Source of the DNA: Ignicoccus islandicus DSM 13165
GTDB taxonomy: Archaea; Thermoproteota; Thermoprotei_A; Sulfolobales; Ignicoccaceae
Assembly (NCBI RefSeq): GCF_001481685.1
Contig: NZ_CP006867.1
Span: forward strand, 810,001 to 842,000
Length of the DNA stretch: 32,000 nucleotides
Direction of reading: 5' to 3'
In this document: piece by piece, positions 20,619-28,512 of the stretch
Position numbering within the stretch: the first letter of the stretch is position 1
How the letters are laid out: the number at the start of each line of letters is the position of its first letter
The notes under the pieces: model-generated
The model's database searches: none
What the model saw: only the letters and a program-made list of their open reading frames with translations
What the model was told of the DNA's origin: nothing
Position numbers and translations under genes: made by a program

Positions 20619-22127
20619 TTAGGTGAAGACCACTTTCCTAACTTTCTTGTATGCAGCTACTTTGCTGTTTACGAAGTTCATTATCTCTTCTTCGCTCACC
20701 TTACCTTTGCATTCTTCCTTTAGTTTGACCTTCGCAACCGGTATTTGGCCGACGTCGCCGGCCGGTTCTCCCTCTACCGTGACTTCCTCTACACACGGGT
20801 GTTTCTGGAGTATTAACTCTAGATCCCTAGGGAATATGGGATAACCTTTGTATTTCAACATCCTCTTTCTAACTCCTTTGAAGTAATAGAATCCTTCCGA
20901 GTCTCTCGAGAGTATATCTCCGGTCCTCAACCACTTCTTTCCATCTACCACAACGAAGGCCTTCTCGTTCTCTTGAGGATCGGGATAACCCTTCATTACT
21001 TGCGGTCCTCTCACTAATAACTCTCCTTGATCCTCAACTTTCTGCAACGTATCCGGATCTACTAGCAACGCCTCTACGCCGGGCAAGGGGAACCCCAAGC
21101 TCCCAATCTTGTGCTTCTGCGGAGTGGTGGCGAATATCTGAGGAGCTTCGGTCATTCCATATACTTGAAGGAGAGGCTTCCCAGTAAGCTCCTCCCACTT
21201 CTGCTGGTCTTGGGGCGGTAGGTAAGCGCCGCCGCTCATTGACCACTTAAGGCTCCTACCAAGCTCCTTCACGAAACCTTCGTCTTCCTTCATCAACGTT
21301 TGGAATACCAAAGGTACAGCTACTACGTACGTGGACGGGAACTTCCTCGATAACTCCTTTATCTTGTCAATGTTAAATCTCTTTAATAGAATTGCTGTTC
21401 CGCCGCTCACGAGCGCGGTCATTAAGGCTGCGTCCAAACCCAGTACGTGGGTCAATGGAATAGTAACTAGGCTCACGTCGCTCCCTTCAATCCCCTCAGC
21501 TTGAACTAAGGGCATTATCGCGCCAGTGAACGACCTATGGGTGTGTATTACTTGCATGGTCCTTCCAGCTATTCCAGCATAATAGAATATTCTCGCATCG
21601 TCCTCGTAATTCACTTCTACTTCGTGTGAACCGGAAGCGTTCTTGAGGTCCTCTTCGTTCACCACTGGGTAATTACTAAGCGTGGCTCCTTCTCTTTCTA
21701 TAACTTCCTTATCGGCAATTACTACCTTCGGTTTCGAGTCCTCGAGTTGCATCTCCAGGTCTTCCTTCTGCGTTAAAGCGTCTACTATGACTACTCTAGC
21801 CCCAGCGTAGAGGCTACCCAGCAAAGCGGTTACGAATTCGGGTCGGTTAAACATTATTAGGAAGGTAGTATCTCCCTTGTTCACTCCGTTTTCCTTCAAT
21901 AAGGACGCAACCGCCTTACTTTTGTCTATTAGCTCCTTATACGTCATTTGAGTACCATCTTCGTACACCAGCGCTACTTTTTCTGGTTCGGCGTTGGCAG
22001 CTTTTTCTATTAATTTATGAACAGGTAATCCGGGGTCCTTGTATTCCATGGCTCTTCGAGCATTCTGAGACATATGCGATATATATCTTCGTATAGCGTC
22101 GCGTTCGTATTGCCTTTCCTCTCGCAC
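20619..22127 (-). CDS. AMP-dependent acyl-CoA synthetase/ligase-like protein with degenerate catalytic motifs
   Basis: ANL superfamily hallmarks VYEDGTQMTYKELI, LLQVYGMTEAP, GELLVRGPQVMKGY, WLRTGDI, YYFKGVRKRMLKYKGYPIFP. Start probably at the ATG at 22073 (MSQNARR) or 22049 (MEYKDPG). Confidence 0.85.
   Translation of the reverse strand: MREERQYERDAIRRYISHMSQNARRAMEYKDPGLPVHKLIEKAANAEPEKVALVYEDGTQMTYKELIDKSKAVASLLKENGVNKGDTTFLIMFNRPEFVTALLGSLYAGARVVIVDALTQKEDLEMQLEDSKPKVVIADKEVIEREGATLSNYPVVNEEDLKNASGSHEVEVNYEDDARIFYYAGIAGRTMQVIHTHRSFTGAIMPLVQAEGIEGSDVSLVTIPLTHVLGLDAALMTALVSGGTAILLKRFNIDKIKELSRKFPSTYVVAVPLVFQTLMKEDEGFVKELGRSLKWSMSGGAYLPPQDQQKWEELTGKPLLQVYGMTEAPQIFATTPQKHKIGSLGFPLPGVEALLVDPDTLQKVEDQGELLVRGPQVMKGYPDPQENEKAFVVVDGKKWLRTGDILSRDSEGFYYFKGVRKRMLKYKGYPIFPRDLELILQKHPCVEEVTVEGEPAGDVGQIPVAKVKLKEECKGKVSEEEIMNFVNSKVAAYKKVRKVVFT
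22076..22090 (-). promoter_or_regulatory. Putative TATA box for the acyl-CoA-synthetase-like gene
   Basis: Minus-strand GAAGATATATATCGC just upstream of the ATG at 22073. Confidence 0.45.
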
Positions 22128-22209
22128 GAAAAGAGGAATGCCTCGAGGATATCAAATGGTGAGCACTTTGATATCAAGTCTGTTAAGGAATGGTAGTAGC
22201 GGTTTGGAG

Positions 22210-22252
22210 CGCCGCCGGGATTCGAACCCGGGACCTCCGCCTTACCAGGGCG
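22210..22252 (-). repeat. Truncated 3' copy of tRNA-Thr(GGU); putative attachment-site remnant
   Basis: 43 bp (CGCCGCCGGGATTCGAACCCGGGACCTCCGCCTTACCAGGGCG) identical to 27174-27216, the 3' portion of intact tRNA-Thr; homology ends abruptly at the 5' half of the anticodon stem. Confidence 0.85.
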
Positions 22253-22337
22253 AAGTCATAGCTAATAGGATCCTTACCTTTTACTTGCTAGGTTGTTTGT
22301 TGACGCAATCTGATTATTTTACTAAAGCTGTTATATT

Positions 22338-23612
22338 TTGGTAACGAAGGTGTTCACAGTGGCACTTGAAGTGTCGTTTAGACAGTTGGTGAAAAGCGTC
22401 CCGTCTACCACATATGCCACACACGGTCTTTACATGCATCCTGCTAAATTCATCCCACACGTCGTTAGATTCGCGCTAGAGAAATATTCCAAAGAGGGCG
22501 ATACTGTTTTCGATCCCTTCGCCGGACACGGGACGGTTGGTATTGAAGCGAAGATTCTGAACAGAAACGCAGTTCTCTGGGATCTAAACCCTATGTCTAG
22601 GGTTTTAGCTCTAGCATCAATGTATGACGGCGAGCTTAGGAAGAGCGATTTCATCTTAAAGGACGATTCTGGTTGCGAATTTGTTCCTAGTTGGAGCAAC
22701 ATTGATTATTGGTATCCTGAGGAATTCTTAAACTATTTGAGTAAACTGTGGGGCTTTTGGCACTATAATATATACGAAAGATACAAAGATAGGAACCTTG
22801 AGGCTAAGGCCTTCGTTCTGTCTATACCTCTCTTCAAAATTACGAGGTACTTCAGTTGGGCTGATGAAAAAATCGCTAAAACATATCGATCAAAGTATGC
22901 TAAAAGGAAAGTTGAAAGCTTATTGAAAGGAAATTGGAAAGCCGTGCTCTGGAATATGTACTGGAAAAACGTTAATGTGGTAATTAGGAAAGTATCCGAG
23001 TTCAAAAGGTATCGCCCGCATAAGATCGATGTGGTAATTAAGACCAGTTGGAAGAATAACGACAAACTTGCAATATTTGATAGTATTGTAAACAAGGTGG
23101 ATAGGCACATTGACTTACTAATAACTTCACCACCTTATCTGCAAGCACAAGAGTACATTAGGAGTTTTAAGCTCGAACTCGCCTGGCTCGGATACAATGA
23201 TAGGGATCTCAGAGAGTTATCGTCCAGGGAAATACCGTATAACAATCCTCCAGAGACAAATATCCGAAGCAACACTTACTGGAGCGTGAGAGAAATAATA
23301 GAGGGTTATAATAATAAGAAGTTATTGAAACTCTACGACGCATACTTCAAGTCCATCTTGGGCTTCTTTGAGAGAAACCAGGACGTGGTCGATACTATGG
23401 CAATATTCGTTGGGCCGGTAAAGGTTAGGACTTTGCGCGTTCCAATTGATGAGATAATCCGGGAGCATATGGAGGCTCACGGATGGAGACATGTAGCCAC
23501 ATATATTGATACAATAAAGTCGAGAAGGTTGTTTGAATCCAGAATTAACCCCGCTACTGGTATACTGGACGAGAGGACGCCTACCGAGCATTTATTGGTT
23601 ATTACCAAATAA
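22338..23612 (+). CDS. DNA methyltransferase (N4-cytosine or N6-adenine) with motif I before the TSPPY motif
   Basis: HPAKFIPHVVRFALEKYSKEGDTVFDPFAGHGTVGIEA (motifs X-I) then LLITSPPYLQAQEY (motif IV). TATA-like TTATATTT at 22331-22338 suggests the real start may be the GTG at 22359. Confidence 0.85.
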   Translation: MVTKVFTVALEVSFRQLVKSVPSTTYATHGLYMHPAKFIPHVVRFALEKYSKEGDTVFDPFAGHGTVGIEAKILNRNAVLWDLNPMSRVLALASMYDGELRKSDFILKDDSGCEFVPSWSNIDYWYPEEFLNYLSKLWGFWHYNIYERYKDRNLEAKAFVLSIPLFKITRYFSWADEKIAKTYRSKYAKRKVESLLKGNWKAVLWNMYWKNVNVVIRKVSEFKRYRPHKIDVVIKTSWKNNDKLAIFDSIVNKVDRHIDLLITSPPYLQAQEYIRSFKLELAWLGYNDRDLRELSSREIPYNNPPETNIRSNTYWSVREIIEGYNNKKLLKLYDAYFKSILGFFERNQDVVDTMAIFVGPVKVRTLRVPIDEIIREHMEAHGWRHVATYIDTIKSRRLFESRINPATGILDERTPTEHLLVITK

Positions 23613-23620
23613 AGGAAGGT

Positions 23621-24979
23621 ATGAAGAGGGTTAGTATAATGTCTAGGCCATTGCTGTTGCTTTATATAACTCCCCAAAACTTGTTCAAGACGAACAAGAT
23701 ATTAGAGATGCAATGGTCTGCAACTAAAACACTAACTCCATGTATAATGAAAATATTATATGAAGGAGACATTGATAAACGCCTTCATATATTCGATGAA
23801 ATATTTACTGGACTCAAGAATCTAGAAGACATAGATGAGAATGATGTGTTAGGTAGAGTATCTATTTCTTGGTATTATATCACAAAGCTCCTTCATCAGT
23901 CAATAGGACCTAGACTCGGGAAATTTACAGAGAAGATAATCCAACATTGGATCAATACTAATGGTATCTTTGAGGTATTAGGCACTGACGTCCCTTTGGG
24001 ATCAATTCTTCGTGAATACTTCAAAGTAAGATATAATTCTCGGAAAAAGATTGATTTTGTAATTCGTAGGAGATCTAATATGAGCTATAAGAAGGAATGG
24101 AACTTCATAGAATTAAGAACTAGTGAGCATACTGGGGGGAGAACAGCTCAGTTATCCTTATTGGATAAGTTCAATGATCTACTACGCCTTTTAGAGATAG
24201 ATGGGTACTATACCAAGATAATCAATGTTGCCGAGTCGATCTATATGGATATTGCAATATTATTTTCGGAGCAACATGAACTTTTAAATAATTATAACTT
24301 TAGTAAGGGACGCCTAAGTTCTCTGATAAGTTACATTGTACAAGAGGATCAAATTTTGGGAAAAGTTGAAAAGCTTCTTAACAAAGGATTCGAGCTATTT
24401 GACAAATATTGTAAGGAACATGTAGATCGCGAATCCTTACAAACGGTACTTAATAAGGAGAGAGGATTCTGCTTAAAAGACGGCAAGATCAGTATCATTT
24501 TTAGAATACTGTTTGGAGACGAGTTTTTTAGATATTATACTGGCAAAACCATAAATCAACTTCTTAGTGAGGATCGGAATATAGCTGACGATCTTTGGTT
24601 CTATTTTGGCATTGTTCTAAACGAGTTAAAAGTCGCCAAAGTGTTTGGTAGAACAAATGTAAGGCTTATTTACGATATAATAAAAGAAAATGATATGGCT
24701 AAATCATTTAAAGACATTTATAATATTTGTACGGGCAAGCATAGTTCTCAATGTTCATTAGAGAAATATGTTCGTGAGGTAAATGATATTGTGCAACAGC
24801 TTGCGATTGGCCTATTGAATCACCTAGAACAAAAGAATCTTCCTCTAAGATTACTTGAGACGAACGATCATGTGAAAAATTGGATATATTTGAAAAGATT
24901 AGTCTATGCATCTCTCTCGTTGTATTTAACAAGGGATTTAGTGGGCGATACACACTTCAAACAATGTAAATGGAGTTAA
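23621..24979 (+). CDS. Hypothetical protein, candidate restriction endonuclease partner of the upstream methyltransferase
   Basis: 452 aa ORF 8 bp after the methyltransferase, same strand; possible PD-(D/E)xK-like core KKIDFVIRR...KEWNFIELRTSEHTGG (D145, E164, R166). Confidence 0.5.
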   Translation: MKRVSIMSRPLLLLYITPQNLFKTNKILEMQWSATKTLTPCIMKILYEGDIDKRLHIFDEIFTGLKNLEDIDENDVLGRVSISWYYITKLLHQSIGPRLGKFTEKIIQHWINTNGIFEVLGTDVPLGSILREYFKVRYNSRKKIDFVIRRRSNMSYKKEWNFIELRTSEHTGGRTAQLSLLDKFNDLLRLLEIDGYYTKIINVAESIYMDIAILFSEQHELLNNYNFSKGRLSSLISYIVQEDQILGKVEKLLNKGFELFDKYCKEHVDRESLQTVLNKERGFCLKDGKISIIFRILFGDEFFRYYTGKTINQLLSEDRNIADDLWFYFGIVLNELKVAKVFGRTNVRLIYDIIKENDMAKSFKDIYNICTGKHSSQCSLEKYVREVNDIVQQLAIGLLNHLEQKNLPLRLLETNDHVKNWIYLKRLVYASLSLYLTRDLVGDTHFKQCKWS

Positions 24980-25116
24980 TACATGACTAATAAAAATAGG
25001 GATTCTATGATTATAAAGATTTCTATTTTAGTAGACATAAATTTAGTAGGGGTAGAAAGTTGGGTCTTTGTATTGAGATGAAGAGGTAAGTGTGTCCATT
25101 CATCTGGTGTTTAGAC

Positions 25117-25131
25117 GCTATAATATATAAG
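25117..25131 (+). promoter_or_regulatory. Putative TATA-box promoter for the small frameshifted ORF
   Basis: CTATAATATATAAG ~40 nt upstream of the TTG start at 25168. Confidence 0.4.
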
Positions 25132-25167
25132 AATACATAAGACACTCACACTACCAAGATAGTTAGT

Positions 25168-25532
25168 TTGTTTAGTACCATTGAGAATGTTTTTGCTGAC
25201 TTCTATCCAAGCTTGTACTTGTATTATCTTGGAGAAGATACAAGACCTTTAGAATACGAGTTACATCCTAGTACTAAGCTTCTTGTTAGGAGAATTCTTG
25301 AGACTTATAGAATAACTCAAGTTAAGTGGGAAAATATTACTGGAGTACATTGGTTTTGGAGTTTGAATACTCTCCGCTTGGGGAGCCGATTGTGTCAGTA
25401 AGCATATTCGTATACAATGGTCCATTTGAAGGTGCTGATATAGAGGTTAACGTCCTACTATGGATTTATGATAATCAAGTTATCGAATCTCTCGAATCAT
25501 CTTTAGTATCATTTTGGGTTATCCAACTTTAG
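25168..25532 (+). pseudogene. Frameshifted small gene (two overlapping ORFs, 77 aa + 68 aa)
   Basis: 25168..25401 and 25326..25532 are in adjacent frames and join as ...ITGVHWF/LEFEYSPLGEPIVSV... if one T is added to the TGGTTTTGG run near 25351-25359. Confidence 0.45.
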
Positions 25533-26368
25533 ATATGCTTTTGAGAAAAGTGGAGAGATATAAATAGATCTAAGATAAGGGTTTCTTGATTGAAAAGCCA
25601 TTAGCAATTATCCAGAAGCTTTATCCGATATTTTGCGACTAGCCAAGATGGCTTGACTCCCTAATAAACAAAAATACTTTCTTATATTAGATACGATTAG
25701 TAGCCCGAAACCTCTGATAGGCGAATTTCACAGTTATACGATCATTATAGTCCTTATAGGAAAGATATTTTGGTGAACATGATTGTTGGAGAAAAAGGAT
25801 ATGAGGTTTATCTTCGGCCAAAGGGATAAAAGAAGTTGCGGAGATAATTATGGGAAATAGTGTTATATTGAAACCTTTAAAGGGTGATAATACATTGGAG
25901 GATGCATTTAACTCGATGGTTGAGGACATATTGTGGCCTTATGTAATGAAAGCTTTAAAGAATACTCGTACTCTGATAAGAGCTACTACAGAGCACTTCT
26001 TTGTCGAGTAGATGAATAAATTGGTCTCATCTAGGAAATAGATATACAAGTTTGGAACCATGCATTTTACTTCAACCTTCATCTTGCCTAAGTCGTTAAC
26101 AAGCTGACACCAAGGATCACCTTTGAGTTTTCTATGTTTTTATTCCTCTTTTCCTCTTACACTTCTTTGCTTTCGATTTTGAGATTACAATAAAAATAGG
26201 CATATATCTTTCAATGTACCTCATAGAACTTTATCGCAAAAATCATTTAGTTGTAGCAATGATGCCGAGAGGTTTGATGGTCTTATTTCTACTACGATCC
26301 ACTAATAGGACTTCCGGTGTCAGACACGATCAAGATAATTTATGTCATTACCCCCTTTCATATCGGAG

Positions 26369-26665
26369 CCTAGCGCCAGCGTAGAGGCTACCGAGTAAGG
26401 CGGTTACGAACTCGGGTCTGCTGAACAATTATTAGAAACGTGGTGTCCCCTTTATTTACCCATTTCTCTCTAAGTAACAAGACCGCTGCCTTACTCTTCT
26501 CAATTAGCTCCTTATACGTCATCTGAGTACCGTCTTCGTACACCAGCGCTACTTTTTCTGGTTGGGCGTTGGCAGCTTTTTCTATTAATTTATGAACAGG
26601 TAATCCGGGGTCCTTGTATTCCATGGCTCTTCGAGCATTCTGAGACATATGCGATATATATTTTC
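26369..26665 (-). pseudogene. Decayed 5' fragment of an acyl-CoA-synthetase-like gene
   Basis: Encodes MSQNARRAMEYKDPGLPVHKLIEKAANAQPEKVALVYEDGTQMTYKELIEKSKA..., nearly identical to the N-terminus of 20619..22127; DNA similarity spans ~21797-22090 and includes a frameshift. Confidence 0.85.
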
Positions 26666-27170
26666 ACGTAGCTCAGCTCCCCATTACCTTACCCCACTCG
26701 ATTCCAAGGACTCAAAGGTTCCCAAACCGCTTTGCTTTCAAAACACTGAAAGTTCGAAGGCGTCCTCGGAAGAAACACTCGAATCTAGCTTAAAGGGTCT
26801 TTGAGCCTCGCGAATACCGTCGGTCAGGAAACCTTTTTATTAGGACGTGATGATGGAGGGCTTAATTAGACCGTCTTGGATGTTAAGAACCGTTAACGGA
26901 ACGACTCGAGGGTGAATGGTAACCGAGGTCATTACTAAAGAGGTAGGGTGGCAGGAGAATCAGAAGAGAGAGCATATTTCATTAATTAACACGTTGGGGT
27001 CCCATTATCTCCCGCTGCCTTCGTGAGTAGCTTTGAGGTCTTACGTGTATCTTTGAGTTTTCGGCTTCCCTTGACCTCGAAATTTGAACTTCTAGCGAAG
27101 TAATTCGCTACCCTTGCCGAGCTTATTTTCGGATAGATAAAGCCGGAGGTGGGGGAGCTTGTTTAGGTGG

Positions 27171-27244
27171 AGCCGCCGCCGGGATTCGAACCCGGGACCT
27201 CCGCCTTACCAGGGCGGCGCTCCACCAGGCTGAGCTACGGCGGC
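27171..27244 (-). tRNA. tRNA-Thr (GGU)
   Basis: GCCGCCGTAGCTCAGCCTGGTGGAGCGCCGCCCTGGTAAGGCGGAGGTCCCGGGTTCGAATCCCGGCGGCGGCT folds as a 74-nt cloverleaf with anticodon GGU. Confidence 0.95.
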
Positions 27245-27402
27245 GCGCTCAAGGAATTCGACCCCACGTCCATTTAAAAACGTTTTGATTGCGTGTGAAG
27301 TAGGTGATGAGGAACCGTGTTTCAGCCGAACGGTGAAGAAGTCGGTCGTGCACCGAGCTTTCAAAATAACCTCTCCAGGTTGTGTGACGGGACGTAAAGA
27401 CC

Positions 27403-28512
27403 ATGAGGAAAGGTTTGTTGGTAGTAACCTTCTTAGGCGTAGTAGCCGGCATGACCCTCAGAACTGCCAGTGCCTTCAAAGAGGTTCAAAGCGGTTGGAC
27501 CTTCATGGCGAGCTTAGCGATAGGATTTTCCGTAGGTAGAGCATTAGTTTCTTTCGTATCTAGTAAGGCCGCTAATAAGTATGGAAGTAAAGTAACCGCG
27601 TTGGGATTCCTCGCCCTAGCTTTCATTGGCCTAGCCTATGCCTTAGGTCCGGTCGAACTCTATCCATTACTTAGGGTACTTCACGGATTCTCCTCGGGCA
27701 TAACTTGGCCGTCTATGCAATCCGTAGTTATGGGTACAGCTAGTAAAGAGGAGCGCGCCAAGGTTTCCTCGCTGTACTTCTTCATTGGTACTATAGGTAT
27801 GAGCTTCGCCTATCTAATAGGAGGTGTCCTTAGTAGGGAATCGCTCCTAGTCTTTCCGTTAATACTTATAGGTCTATCAATATATCTATTTAGGGAATCT
27901 ATAAAAATAGAATTATCTAAGATCAAATCGGAAAAAGGCCTATTCAACCCACCTTCTTCGACGCTTTTCCTTATGGCAATGGCAACGGGTATGCTCAACT
28001 TGTTGGTCAATAGCGAAGTAACCATCTCCCTACTTTACTTAATGTTCGGCAAGATCATGGCTGGAATCTTCTTGTCGTTGGCTTCCGCCATAGGTAGCGT
28101 TGTAAGTTACTTCCTAGGACGTAAGATGTTGGATCTCAAGCAATCCCCAGCTTCAATTGTAGTACCGGCCACTGCATCAATAGCTTCTTCCCAACCTCTA
28201 TTAATAGTCCATGACCCATACGCGAAAGTTGCGTCGATAGCCCTTACTCAAGGAACGATAACTTGGTGGAGGGGCTTACTCGTGGCAGCCGCGAGGAGCG
28301 GTGACGTCGGCGCTAGGATAGGCCTAGTTAACATGGGAAGGGACTTGGGCAACGTAATTGCTGGCTTAATAGTAAGCGCGATCGGTCAGCCAGGCTTCGC
28401 GTTCGCTCTAGGCGTTAGCTACGTAGTTACGACCCTTTCAATGGTTCCCCTACTTTCCTTAAAACGGTCCAACAATTCTCGATCAAGTTATATAAATCTG
28501 CAAGATGCATGA
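27403..28512 (+). CDS. Major facilitator superfamily transporter, paralog of 1912..3009
   Basis: 369 aa multi-TM ORF; NKYGSKVTALG, LLRVLHGFSSGITWPSMQSVVM aligns with the 1912..3009 product. Confidence 0.82.
   Translation: MRKGLLVVTFLGVVAGMTLRTASAFKEVQSGWTFMASLAIGFSVGRALVSFVSSKAANKYGSKVTALGFLALAFIGLAYALGPVELYPLLRVLHGFSSGITWPSMQSVVMGTASKEERAKVSSLYFFIGTIGMSFAYLIGGVLSRESLLVFPLILIGLSIYLFRESIKIELSKIKSEKGLFNPPSSTLFLMAMATGMLNLLVNSEVTISLLYLMFGKIMAGIFLSLASAIGSVVSYFLGRKMLDLKQSPASIVVPATASIASSQPLLIVHDPYAKVASIALTQGTITWWRGLLVAAARSGDVGARIGLVNMGRDLGNVIAGLIVSAIGQPGFAFALGVSYVVTTLSMVPLLSLKRSNNSRSSYINLQDA
28487..28499 (+). promoter_or_regulatory. Putative TATA box for the ATPase subunit I gene
   Basis: GTTATATAAATC inside the 3' end of the upstream ORF, ~40 nt before the ATG of MGLKAALFPDRM. 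Confidence 0.45.

Larger units (their letters stand above)
22210..27216. mobile_element. Putative integrated element or genomic island bounded by a tRNA-Thr 3' repeat
   Basis: Direct 43-bp repeat of the tRNA-Thr 3' portion on both flanks; interior partly AT-rich, with candidate RM genes and decayed ORFs. No recognisable integrase in the window. Confidence 0.6.

Noticed and set aside
22210-22252. Functional second tRNA-Thr gene
   Set aside because: The 5' half (acceptor 5' strand, D-arm) is absent and the acceptor 3' strand has a 1-nt deletion, so it is only a remnant.
22138-22344. 68 aa + strand ORF running through the tRNA fragment
   Set aside because: It translates the tRNA-derived sequence (RRDSNPGPPPYQG), a well-known spurious ORF artefact.
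25687-25929. 80 aa minus-strand ORF in the island
   Set aside because: The opposite strand gives a more protein-like reading (LKPLKGDNTLEDAFNSMVEDILWPYV); no motif or promoter supports the minus ORF.
26667-26678. GTAGCTCAGC resembling a tRNA D-arm/box A on the + strand
   Set aside because: Only ~10 nt with no downstream cloverleaf; could easily be chance.
22253-27170. Integrase or transposase gene, CRISPR array, or cas genes in the island
   Set aside because: No tyrosine recombinase R..HxxR..Y pattern, transposase, regularly spaced repeats, or Cas-like ORF could be seen in the supplied frames.
27285-27539. 84 aa and 76 aa ORFs overlapping the start of the MFS gene downstream of tRNA-Thr
   Set aside because: They overlap the tRNA-proximal region and the start of a well-supported MFS gene, with unconvincing composition.
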